64,000 nucleotides of DNA from a virus: IMG/VR virus record IMGVR_UViG_3300026519_000009, positions 1-64,000 of that record. One strand, 5' to 3'. The translations under genes and the position numbers were made by a program. Positions 30,363-40,094 of the stretch are shown piece after piece. The first letter of the stretch is position 1. Each line of letters starts with the position of its first letter. The notes below the pieces were generated by a model. It saw nothing but the letters and a program-made list of their open reading frames with translations, made no database searches and was not told where the DNA came from.

Positions 30363-31384
30363 CCGTTGTTAAAATAGTAACAAAATGTAACAAGTGTTTT
30401 TTGTTACTGATTATTCACAATGTCAACGAGCTTGCCAAGATGATCTTTGGACTGACGGCTCTCTTTTGTGCGTTTTTGGCCTCCTTGCAACGCATGGCGA
30501 CCATACTCTTTTAAATTATTTGCTGCATTAAAATCACGATCCATATTAACACCACAATCACAACTATACAACCGTTCCGACAATGTTAAATCGTTTTTTA
30601 ATTGTCCGCAGCCACTACATACCGCGATTGCTTCCTTTCTTCTTTCGTGCCATTTCCGTTGCAACCGTGCCAACCGATTAAGATTGGATTTAAGGCATTG
30701 ATTAGCTGGGAAAATTGTCCCATTGCTAATCACTGCCAATTCTTTAATTCCTAAATCAACGCCACCAATTGCTTCGCGGTTATGATCCTGTGGATCATAT
30801 TCGTTGGTTTCAACCAAGATCGATGCGAAGTATTTTCCGGCGTGTTTACTAATAGTAACCTGCTTGGTCTGCCCGGCAAATCGTAATCGTTGCCGCATTT
30901 TTATCTTGGTCTTTAACTTTTCAATCCGTAGTTCTCGGCCAGCCACATCAAACTTTTCCGCTTCGCGCAAGGCAAATGAGTCACGAACACCCCGTCGTTT
31001 GAATCGGGAAAAGCCCGGTGTCTGTCCCTTCTTCACCCGACGAAAGAAATGACTAAAGGCATTATCCAAATCATCAATCGCATTGCGCGTAACACGCGAT
31101 GACACCTCATTGTACCATGGAAACGTAGGTCTAATAACTCTCATGAAATGCTGATAACCAGCAGCTTTCGACCACTTATTCTCTGGATGACTAAAATGCG
31201 CCAGCAATTGATTATAGCAATGCCGCCGATGACCACAGGCCATATCCAAATATTGGATATGGCCTGCTGTAGGTCGCAATTCAATTTTGTGTGCTAGTAA
31301 CATAGTAGTATTTATCTACAAAATGTAACACGACTTGTTACATTTTGTCAAGTTTAGTTACATTTTAATCAACTGTTGGCAGCC
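30363..31384 (-). mobile_element. IS607-like non-autonomous tnpB element inserted at a GG in the nrdB leader
   Basis: Subterminal AAAATGTAAC repeats at both ends; GG at both junctions; removal restores AATAATAAGG-TAAATCATA-ATG. Confidence 0.7.
30404..31303 (-). pseudogene. tnpB: tnpB (third family) with deletion of the RuvC-II region
   Basis: HKIELRPT N-terminus; GVDLGIKELA; jumps directly to CSGCG...DRDFNAANN. Confidence 0.85.
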
Positions 31385-31435
31385 TTATTATTATTATTGC
31401 ACTATTATGGTTAATATATATTTATATGTTTATCA

Positions 31436-33793
31436 TCACAATACACATGAATCGCATTGATCATCGACATCAACATCATCATCCTTTTCTAAAATAACTT
31501 CACCAGCACCATCACTTGTATTTTGATAATACAACGTCTTAATTCCAAGCTTATATGCATAAATTATGTCCTTCAACAATTCTGACATCGGTACTTTACT
31601 ATCGGCATAGTTCTTAGGGTTATATGTTGTATTTGTTGATATCGACTGATCCGCCCACTTTTGAAATATGGCGGCTATTTCTAAATATCCACGTGTATGC
31701 GGCATGTCCCACAGGTATTCATATTTGTTTTTTAATTTATGGAACTCTGGTACTACTTGCTTCAGTGTACCATCCTTAGAACTCTTTATTGATACCGCCG
31801 CCCTTGGTGGTTCTATGCCATTCGACGAATTGATGACTTGGCTGGAACTTTCAATTGGCATCAATGCCATGACGGTTGAATTGCGCATTCCATGTTCTAA
31901 TATTTCTTTTCGCAATGGTTCCCAGTCTATATGTGATGTTACCGTCAATAAACTATCTACTTCTTTTTTATAAGTATCAATCGGCAATATACCATCTGAA
32001 TATTTAGTTTCATCGAACCAATCACATTTACCCTTTTCTTTAGCAAGGTTAACTGACGTGTTAATTAAGTGATATGATATCTTTTCGGCATATTCATTAA
32101 CTAATTCATTTGCAGAACTGTCTGAATATTTAACACCATTTTTTGCAAGGAAGTATGCAAGATTACCAATCCCTACTCCCAATGTTCTGCGTTTATGCGC
32201 AGGAATCGCGGCGGCAATCATTGGATAATCCTGATAGTCAAGTAATTCATCCAAACCACGAATAATAAGGTCACATGCAAGTATAATGTCTTCATCCGTC
32301 CGCATCATGCCCATGTTTATTCCACCTAATGTACAAAGTGCGATTTCACCATATTTTTCACGAAAATCTTTCGGGGTAACATCTTTGAATTCTTCTAAAT
32401 GGGTTTCCGATTCAAATGCTATGCGACTATTGCGTGTCAAAGGGGCGGTCGAAAGTGTAATTTCTGCACATAAATTTGACATTCTTACCGGACTAGTTTC
32501 TTCTTTAAATGAACTATGTGTATTCGAATGGTCAACATTGTGTATATAAATTCGACCGGTGTTGTTTCGTTCCATTATGACATTAGAAAAATGTTCTAAT
32601 GCAGATAGTGTTTTTTTCTTAATGGAATACGCACGTTCATATTTTTCATATAATTCACCGAACAGTTTCTGATCTTCAAAGAATGCGGCATATAAGTCTG
32701 GAACATCATATGGATTAAATAATGTAATTTTTTCTCCCTTCAATAACCGTGTATATAGATACCCATTTATTTGGACACCATAGTCCATATGGCGAACACG
32801 GGTTTCTTCGGTTCCTTTATTATTTTTCAACACTATTAAATCTTCTGCTTCTAAATGCCAAATGGGGAAATATACGGTCGCGGATGCCCCCCGAATTGCA
32901 CCTTGACTACAACTCTTCAATGCGGCGTTAAAGTATTTGTAGAACGGAATATTACCGGTATGGAACGCTTCGCCCTCACGTATCGGCGATCCTTTAGCAC
33001 GAATGGCACCCGCACCAATCCCAATCCCCGCACGCCGTGACGCATAGTCTACGATGCTACTCGCAACTTCATTAATACTACTTAGGCTATCACCTGTTTC
33101 GATCAATGTACATGAACTAAATTGTCGTGTTGGTGTACGCATTCCTGCTATTAATGGCGTAGGTAAGGTGAATAATGATTTTGGACCTTTTGATATTGCA
33201 TCATAATAAGAACGAATATACCGCATTTTTGTATCTTCGGGATATTTACTAAATAATATGGCAGCAATAAGAATATACGCCATTTGTGGCGTTTCATAAT
33301 ATCTGCCTGTTATTCGGTCCTGCACCAAATATTTACCACGAAATTGTTCAACGCCCGCATATGATAATAACATATCGCGTTCATGTTTTACTATTTTATC
33401 TAATTTCATCCATTCATCTTCGGTAAATAATGATATAAGTTCGGAATCATATACACCTAACCTAATACATTTCTTAACATGTTCGATTAATACAGGAGGC
33501 TCGAAGCAATCATATGCCGTCTTACGCAACGTGAATATTGCTAACCGTGCAGCAACCCACTGATAGTTTGGATATTCTTCGGATATTAAATTGGCTGCGG
33601 ATTTTATTAAAGTTTCATGTATTTCTGATGTAGGGATTTTATTATACAGCTGCATTTTAGTTTTTATTTCAATTTCTGAAACTGAAACATTTGATATATT
33701 TTCGGTGCCCCAAAAAAGAACTGTGTGGATTTTGTCAAAATCCAATGGTGCTGTTTTACCATTCCGTTTAGTTACGTGAAGAAGATCGGTCAT
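31436..33793 (-). CDS. nrdA: Ribonucleotide reductase class Ia alpha subunit
   Basis: ATP-cone VTKRNG, RQFSSC, SNLCAEI, ALCTL, C-terminal CDSC. Confidence 0.97.
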   Translation of the reverse strand: MTDLLHVTKRNGKTAPLDFDKIHTVLFWGTENISNVSVSEIEIKTKMQLYNKIPTSEIHETLIKSAANLISEEYPNYQWVAARLAIFTLRKTAYDCFEPPVLIEHVKKCIRLGVYDSELISLFTEDEWMKLDKIVKHERDMLLSYAGVEQFRGKYLVQDRITGRYYETPQMAYILIAAILFSKYPEDTKMRYIRSYYDAISKGPKSLFTLPTPLIAGMRTPTRQFSSCTLIETGDSLSSINEVASSIVDYASRRAGIGIGAGAIRAKGSPIREGEAFHTGNIPFYKYFNAALKSCSQGAIRGASATVYFPIWHLEAEDLIVLKNNKGTEETRVRHMDYGVQINGYLYTRLLKGEKITLFNPYDVPDLYAAFFEDQKLFGELYEKYERAYSIKKKTLSALEHFSNVIMERNNTGRIYIHNVDHSNTHSSFKEETSPVRMSNLCAEITLSTAPLTRNSRIAFESETHLEEFKDVTPKDFREKYGEIALCTLGGINMGMMRTDEDIILACDLIIRGLDELLDYQDYPMIAAAIPAHKRRTLGVGIGNLAYFLAKNGVKYSDSSANELVNEYAEKISYHLINTSVNLAKEKGKCDWFDETKYSDGILPIDTYKKEVDSLLTVTSHIDWEPLRKEILEHGMRNSTVMALMPIESSSQVINSSNGIEPPRAAVSIKSSKDGTLKQVVPEFHKLKNKYEYLWDMPHTRGYLEIAAIFQKWADQSISTNTTYNPKNYADSKVPMSELLKDIIYAYKLGIKTLYYQNTSDGAGEVILEKDDDVDVDDQCDSCVL

Positions 33794-33841
33794 TTAACTA
33801 CCTTATTATTGTTGTTATTATTGTAATTATAATTATAATTA

Positions 33842-34087
33842 TTGTTGCACAGTATCAATATCTATAATATATGTCAATATATAATCGACATATATATCAT
33901 TATGACGATGAACGAAAAAGATGCATTATTGGCATATTTAGAAATCAAATTATTTGAATTATATTCAAACACTGAACGATATATATATAGCCCTGGGTTG
34001 CATATTCTACATGAAGAAATTTATAACCTATTATTAGAAATAGATGATAGTATCATATGTAGCGATATCGACATTACTTCACATTAA
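33842..34087 (+). CDS. Small hypothetical protein (start uncertain)
   Basis: Short ORF divergent from nrdA. Confidence 0.3.
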   Translation: MLHSINIYNICQYIIDIYIIMTMNEKDALLAYLEIKLFELYSNTERYIYSPGLHILHEEIYNLLLEIDDSIICSDIDITSH

Positions 34088-34093
34088 GCGTTG

Positions 34094-34153
34094 TTGAAGC
34101 GACTACCACCAAATCAGCAAGCTGAATTTGGAAGTGGTATTCCGGCAACTTGG
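34094..34153 (-). mobile_element. Palindromic mini-element copy
   Basis: TTGAAGCGACTACCACCAAATCAGC-aa-GCTGAATTTGGAAGTGGTATTCCGGCAACTTGG. Confidence 0.85.
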
Positions 34154-34158
34154 GTATT

Positions 34159-35676
34159 CTATCTGTGCCAACGTGGATTCCTTGCAATAGGAACACCACG
34201 TTCTACACGTCCTACATTCGCATCGTTATAATTATGTTCACTGGAACCCATGTGACTATTGCCAGAATCAAGGTCCGTGGCCGATGCTAGTGTCATTGTC
34301 CTTGCCCATGGTTCATGTTCAGGAACACGGCTGGTTAACCATGCTTCAAGTGTTTCACTGGCGGACATACTGGCCGTTGCAGGTGTTGCGGGTGGGCCAT
34401 TCAAATGTATAGAGGTGCCCGTTACGATCACATCCGCTGCCGCTAATATATTGGTGGTAGCACCCGATTGTAAATTCAACATACCGCCACTCGCGGTAAG
34501 ATGTATATCGGCAGTGGCCGTTAAAAATAAGTTGGGCATTGATATTCCCATATCACCAATTGAATCAATATTTGTTGACCCATTTGAACGAATATTTAGA
34601 TTCCCACTAGAATGTATTCGCATTTCGCCCTCAGTTGCCAAATGAATACCTTCTTTTGCAGTAACCCTAAATGCGCTGCCTGCCGTAAAATTTATATCCT
34701 TCTCGGCGTGCATCGAAATATTTCCTGCACCATACATATCAATATTTCCATTTTCGTCCATTTCAATCCAAGTGTTACCACCGGCTGTACTAATGTATAT
34801 CCTTTCATTAGTATCATCCATTATTATTTGATGACCATGTGTTGAACGTACACGAATTCTACAATTATCCGCATTATCAGACATTGAATATGAATGGAAG
34901 CCAGGTGTTGTCCAAGAATATACCTGTGGATCGTATACAAATTCGGTGGCACTAGATGCAAGCCCTTCTTGCACCCGACTTCTATTGTATCCCTGAGTGT
35001 TATTTAATATATTTCCATCTTCTTCAGTGAAGTCAACTTCCTGATCATCTGCAACGCTGGTATAAATAACATCATTATTCGCAATATAAACTGCTGATAA
35101 TCCAGCAACACCAACATCGGCACCTCGTGTTCTATATTCAAAATTCTTTCTAGGTGTTGGGATTGCTTGGCCGGTAACTGATTCATATTTTGTGAACGCA
35201 TTGGTTTGGCTTGAATACAATGGTTGGATAGGGTCATCCGTTGAACTTAGTGGGCCGGTAGGTTCTTCGTTAGAAGCAGCTGTTTTATTATAAGTATATC
35301 GTCCATGTGGCATTGTATGTGGAAGAAATTGATCATGCATTGCACCAAGATATATACGAAACCGTGGATCTGCATCAATACACCCCACCAACACGGTTGC
35401 CCCCACTTTCGGAACATTGAACATACCATAGGCGACCGGGCCAAATGTTCTATCGTCACCACGACCACGACTGGCGGATTCATTAATTCCTGCTAATGGT
35501 GAAATTGGTGTTGCCCAAGGTATATCCTCAACCACAGTATTATTTAGATCACCAAATCGTGGACATGCTACGCGAATCCTACCCATTTGCTGTGGGTCAT
35601 TTGTATCCACGACCTCACCCAATGTTAAGTGATCAAAATTACCATTAGTTGTATTTATTTCATCGAAAATAGACAT
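34159..35676 (-). CDS. Baseplate central spike, gp5/VgrG-like
   Basis: GEVVDTNDPQQMGRIRV OB-fold; GHQIIMDDTNERIYI; beta-helix repeats; RVPEHEPW; TAATG coupling to upstream gene. Confidence 0.88.
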   Translation of the reverse strand: MSIFDEINTTNGNFDHLTLGEVVDTNDPQQMGRIRVACPRFGDLNNTVVEDIPWATPISPLAGINESASRGRGDDRTFGPVAYGMFNVPKVGATVLVGCIDADPRFRIYLGAMHDQFLPHTMPHGRYTYNKTAASNEEPTGPLSSTDDPIQPLYSSQTNAFTKYESVTGQAIPTPRKNFEYRTRGADVGVAGLSAVYIANNDVIYTSVADDQEVDFTEEDGNILNNTQGYNRSRVQEGLASSATEFVYDPQVYSWTTPGFHSYSMSDNADNCRIRVRSTHGHQIIMDDTNERIYISTAGGNTWIEMDENGNIDMYGAGNISMHAEKDINFTAGSAFRVTAKEGIHLATEGEMRIHSSGNLNIRSNGSTNIDSIGDMGISMPNLFLTATADIHLTASGGMLNLQSGATTNILAAADVIVTGTSIHLNGPPATPATASMSASETLEAWLTSRVPEHEPWARTMTLASATDLDSGNSHMGSSEHNYNDANVGRVERGVPIARNPRWHR

Positions 35677-37673
35677 TACGTTCTTCCAGCTACTGGCCAT
35701 CGGACCGTACTTTTCTTAACATCACCTACAGCAACGGTTTCACTATTCTTTACATTACCGGAATTGGACAAGGTAAATAGACCGGTTATTTCACGATGCA
35801 CCGCTGTTCGATTCTGATCCTTGTCAACTATAACGTCACTCGTGGTATCTGTGTGTTGTTCTAATTTATCTGATACAGGTAAGCTCATCAAATCCAACTC
35901 TTGTGTAAATTCACCATTATTGAATATTTGTTTTACCCCAAATAACGTATAAAATCCGGTATACCAAAAATCACGATATTCAGTATTAACATCATTTGTA
36001 TCAACTGGCATTTTAATATTTATTTTAACCAACGTAGGTGTATTCAACCAACTTGGGTTAATTGTTTGACCATCCCGCACAGGCTCTGTTTCTTGTCGAT
36101 CTAATTCACTAGGCAATACTTGCATTTCATTTAATAATTGTGGGTTGCCATAAATCACCATCTTAGCTTCAATAGTTTCCAATGCTGCGTGACGGTTTAA
36201 TAATGCTTGAAACGATGCACTATCTATAGGATTTCGTGTATTTCTTGCCATTGGTTGTTCTATTTTTGAACCAAGAAACAATGGTGTTGCGCTTCTACGT
36301 GTTTGACCATTTGATGCAACAACGGTTGAGCCAGTGGTTTTTACTTGATATGAACGATTTCCTTCTTTGGTTGTTTGTTGGGTGGGGATGGTATCTGTTG
36401 TTGCTGCAATTTGAAAAAAGGCCATTCCCATTTCCATTTTAATATCAAACGACTTTATATCTACATTATTACCAGTAAATATATAGTCAAACGTAATTGA
36501 TTGGCCGGGCAATGGTTCGAATACCGCACCATTAAACGCGGCTTCGTATGGGAGCATTGTCATTGCATATCGTTTTATATGATATTCAACAATAAACTGC
36601 GTCGATGTGGAGTTTAGTCCCGACGTTATTTTGTAAATAAATTTTGTTCCGTCCTCCCGACCCTTACCATCATTAATGACACCATTACAGCTTGCCATTA
36701 TTCGTTTAATAATTTCTTCAACACCTACTTTCGGTCCAAAGTTAAATGCACCATCCGCATTGATATTACTTATCCGAACATGTTCATTGTCACCCGCACT
36801 ATACACCGCACCATCCGCATAGTCAGGTGCAAAAATACGGTATTCAACCGGACGATAGTTTGCATCAAAAAACTTAGTGGCGCTATCAACACTTTCCTGA
36901 GCTGTTAATGGATTTCCTTCAAGCACGGATGCGTCATATAGTGTTTTTGCAAACTCTATTTTAGCTTGTTCAAGATATGCAGAGTATGATGTATTTATTT
37001 TGGTGGCTAATGATGCAAACGTTTCCGCCAAGCTATCTGATTGACCAATCTTAAATGAAAACCCTTTAAATATTTGTTGCGTTTGCGGTAGTTTACCCAT
37101 ACCATTTGTTGCACCCACAAAACTCATTTTATATTTAGCACCAGATGTATCAAAAATCGCTGATATATCATAATTAATAAACAACAATGGTCTAATATTA
37201 GATATCATTTCCGTAGTGCCCTGTGTAGTATGTCCTACAAAAACGGTTTTCAATACAAAAACCAAACCAACCGGATCAGTGTTCAACTCATCGCACGCAT
37301 TCGTAAGGACGTTCAGGAAGTTTGCGCCAAGTGGTTCTATAATATCAAGTTCACCATCTAATGCCATTGAAGTCGATTGTGGAATATTACCGTATCCTAT
37401 AAAGTTTTCCATGGCAATAATATTTTCCCACGTAGCAGCGGTAATATAAAATCTAGCATCGGTCATTCCATCAATTAAAGTAATATATCGATTCTCGGTG
37501 CTGGTGCCGGTTGGACGGGAAGCGTAACGCGCACGATCACTTGGCTGTTGAAATACAACAATTTCACTAGTATTTGCCAGCTCTTCCGCAGCAGTACTAT
37601 TATTACACACTAAAAGAATGTGATGATAGGAATATGATCTAAATTGCCCAAGTATATTTCGTGGTGTTGACAT
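35676..37673 (-). CDS. Putative baseplate hub protein
   Basis: NILGQFRSYSYH N-terminus; IYGNP...YTGFY...FNNGEFTQEL C-terminus; directly upstream of gp5-like gene. Confidence 0.65.
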   Translation of the reverse strand: MSTPRNILGQFRSYSYHHILLVCNNSTAAEELANTSEIVVFQQPSDRARYASRPTGTSTENRYITLIDGMTDARFYITAATWENIIAMENFIGYGNIPQSTSMALDGELDIIEPLGANFLNVLTNACDELNTDPVGLVFVLKTVFVGHTTQGTTEMISNIRPLLFINYDISAIFDTSGAKYKMSFVGATNGMGKLPQTQQIFKGFSFKIGQSDSLAETFASLATKINTSYSAYLEQAKIEFAKTLYDASVLEGNPLTAQESVDSATKFFDANYRPVEYRIFAPDYADGAVYSAGDNEHVRISNINADGAFNFGPKVGVEEIIKRIMASCNGVINDGKGREDGTKFIYKITSGLNSTSTQFIVEYHIKRYAMTMLPYEAAFNGAVFEPLPGQSITFDYIFTGNNVDIKSFDIKMEMGMAFFQIAATTDTIPTQQTTKEGNRSYQVKTTGSTVVASNGQTRRSATPLFLGSKIEQPMARNTRNPIDSASFQALLNRHAALETIEAKMVIYGNPQLLNEMQVLPSELDRQETEPVRDGQTINPSWLNTPTLVKINIKMPVDTNDVNTEYRDFWYTGFYTLFGVKQIFNNGEFTQELDLMSLPVSDKLEQHTDTTSDVIVDKDQNRTAVHREITGLFTLSNSGNVKNSETVAVGDVKKSTVRWPVAGRT

Positions 37674-37711
37674 GTATTAATTATTCCAATTATTATTATT
37701 ATTATTATTAT

Positions 37712-37772
37712 CCAAGTTGCCGGAATACTACTTCCAAATTCAACAAGCTGTATTTGGAAGTAGTCGCCTCAC
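37712..37772 (+). mobile_element. Palindromic mini-element copy
   Basis: ATTAT|CCAAGTTGCCGGAATACTACTTCCAAA...TTTGGAAGTAG-TCGCCTCAC with a compensatory stem change. Confidence 0.85.
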
Positions 37773-37786
37773 GTATACTAATATGA

Positions 37787-38146
37787 TTAAACTACGTTAT
37801 TTCCACCTTCCGATTTGGTAATTATATCCAATATTAATCTTGACTGTGTTGGAAGTCTGATAGCAACACCCGCTACTAATTCGGTTACCGGATCAACAAT
37901 ACTGTTATATTGCAATACCAACCATGCAAATGTTGCCTTTCCATACACCCTATTTGAAATTAAATCGGGACGACCGGCTTCGTGTTCAAGAACAACAAGC
38001 AGGAAATCATTTTCTTGTTGTGGTAGGGTACGTTTTTCCCACCATCCAAGTCTATTATTATAGATGTCCGTGGTTCCGCCCTGAACCAAACGTGAATTTC
38101 TATTTTCAACCGAGCTTGTACTAATGTTTTGAGTATTAAATGGCAT
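37787..38146 (-). CDS. Baseplate wedge gp53/LysM-like tail protein
   Basis: GRPDLISNRVYG...WLVLQYNSIVDP...IRLP. Confidence 0.8.
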   Translation of the reverse strand: MPFNTQNISTSSVENRNSRLVQGGTTDIYNNRLGWWEKRTLPQQENDFLLVVLEHEAGRPDLISNRVYGKATFAWLVLQYNSIVDPVTELVAGVAIRLPTQSRLILDIITKSEGGNNVV

Positions 38147-38148
38147 AA

Positions 38149-38871
38149 TTAAAATCCTTGTAGTCGGCCAGTTCTAAATGCGTCTAAATCAAATGATTCA
38201 AATGCATCAGGACTGGGTGCTTCCAATAAACTAATATCAATATTCATTATAATTGGCATAGGCACGCCACTTGTTGTGGTAATATAATCAACATCATTTG
38301 GATATGGTATCGTAAGTTGTTGTATAACCACTGGAATCCGGTTAATATGCTGTGCTATTTGCCAAACATTGGTTGCCCCCGTGGTCGCACCAGTGGGTTC
38401 GGTTCCGATAGTTCTTGAATACGCACTTAGGTATAAAATAGCGGGTGGTGCCCCCAATAACTCACTACCTAAAAAGCTTGCACGTTCTTGTGGCGTTAAA
38501 TCTAAACTATCCAACTCATCCGCCGTAAAATTAGCTTCCCTTGCCGCACGCTGCTCACTATTTAATGTGGAGCTATTTCCAAATCTGGGCATACACCAAC
38601 CACGAAGTCGCCATAATCTTCTTAAATTTCGATCCGCTTCTTCAATTGTTCTGGAAATTAACTTAATATCTGATAATTGAAAATTGCGGGAGGATGTATT
38701 TTTATAAACTTGTATTTGTCCCGGAGCATGTAATGGTTCAAGTGAATTATAATTCACATTTCTATTTTCAGAAACAACAGGACTTGCATCAAAACTAACG
38801 GTACCACCACCGCTATTTGCATTTGTTAATTTTACACGATAAGGATTTGATATTCTGTTACGATCCGACAT
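38149..38871 (-). CDS. Putative baseplate/tail-tube initiator protein
   Basis: GAPPAILYLSAY...IPVVIQQLTIPYPNDVDYI; position in baseplate cluster. Confidence 0.6.
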   Translation of the reverse strand: MSDRNRISNPYRVKLTNANSGGGTVSFDASPVVSENRNVNYNSLEPLHAPGQIQVYKNTSSRNFQLSDIKLISRTIEEADRNLRRLWRLRGWCMPRFGNSSTLNSEQRAAREANFTADELDSLDLTPQERASFLGSELLGAPPAILYLSAYSRTIGTEPTGATTGATNVWQIAQHINRIPVVIQQLTIPYPNDVDYITTTSGVPMPIIMNIDISLLEAPSPDAFESFDLDAFRTGRLQGF

Positions 38872-38911
38872 TTAGTATCCATTGATAATCATACATTGTA
38901 TTGTTATTTAT

Positions 38912-39357
38912 CCAATTTGCCGGAATACCACTTCCAAATTCAGCTTGGTGAATTTGGAAGTGGATGGATAGGCACCATTAGGACGATCTTGCACTTGTAT
39001 ATATTGCTTTAATATTTCAATTGGGGCAATAATTAAGTGAATTTAGTTCTTGAATTGATATTTAACTATGGTACACTGTTTATATGAAAAGAGCAATCAT
39101 TCCCGACAAAATAAAGCCATGAAGACTTTAAAAATTCGCGTCAATGACATCAAGCACACGGTTGCCAACAGTATTGAACCAAAGGGGGGGGTTGCGGTTG
39201 CCAACAGTCAATCGGGTGTTGATGGACACAAAACATAAATGATCAACAAAAATAGTAAGTGAAAACGAATTAGTGAAAACACCGAAGACATAATGAGCGA
39301 CCATTGTGCGAATCCACGTTCAAGCGCAGATCGCTGATTTGGTGGTGGTCGCTTCAA
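38912..39357 (+). mobile_element. Decayed IS200/IS605 tnpB element with both hairpins
   Basis: TTTAT|CCAATTTGCC; left hairpin; tnpB promoter and 5' remnant; right hairpin; TCGCTTCAA supplies the stop of the next gene. Confidence 0.88.
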
Positions 39358-39932
39358 TAGTTAACAATTCCTGCGTGATTTAGTGCTTTAACGAGTGATA
39401 GTAGGTGCTTACATACCCCAGGAACTTGTTTTGGATTAACCGGTCCCCTATTTGAACCTTGAACTTTTTGGTATGGTTTGGGTGCTCTTCCTATTAGGCT
39501 TTTATCCTTAGCATTGAAATAACTAAATCGGTAATAGAAATCTAAACAATTACATCTAACCCGGCATGTATGTGCCGTTAAATGTATTGCATTCATATTG
39601 TATTCTTCACCATCTTTTGCGGTGAACGTCACGTTGTCCGGTAAATTTTCGTTTGAAAATTCAACGTTATTGAATATAATTGAAGTGTTATAATTGGTAC
39701 CATCGCTACTTGCGAGACCTATCACGTTTAAATTTTTGGTGCCTATAAATGGCAATAATTCCAATTTAACTATTCTAACCGGGTCGATTGCATTTTGGCG
39801 CTTTGCAGATACCGGGATAAAATTCAGCACATTTTGTTCTAAATCCGAAAATGTTGATTGTTCACATAAAACAAATTTATCAAGTTGATTGTGTATTCGT
39901 TGGCCACGTATAAGGTAATGATCATTTTTCAT
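39354..39932 (-). CDS. SWIM-type zinc-finger protein
   Basis: VRCNCLDF...GVCKHL; GGATAAATA 5 nt upstream of MKNDHY. Confidence 0.7.
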   Translation of the reverse strand: MKNDHYLIRGQRIHNQLDKFVLCEQSTFSDLEQNVLNFIPVSAKRQNAIDPVRIVKLELLPFIGTKNLNVIGLASSDGTNYNTSIIFNNVEFSNENLPDNVTFTAKDGEEYNMNAIHLTAHTCRVRCNCLDFYYRFSYFNAKDKSLIGRAPKPYQKVQGSNRGPVNPKQVPGVCKHLLSLVKALNHAGIVNY

Positions 39933-39944
39933 AGTGGTATTTAT

Positions 39945-40000
39945 CCAAGTTGTCATTAAAGCGGTTGCCAACGGTCGCCAACTGTGCAATCACTTTTCAA
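39945..40000 (+). mobile_element. Decayed mini-element left end carrying two 10-bp inserts
   Basis: TTTAT|CCAAGTTGTC...GG-TTGCCAACGG-TCGCCAACTG. Confidence 0.5.
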
Positions 40001-40094
40001 TTTTCGGTGAAATTATTTTAAATTTTTAAAAATTAGTGGAACTTTTTTGAATATACAGCGTCTTTACTATTTTAACAACGTGTGTACGTTCAAA

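Noticed and set aside
31436-33793. Intron or intein in nrdA, nrdB or the helicase
   Set aside because: ORFs are continuous and of normal length; no splicing motifs noticed
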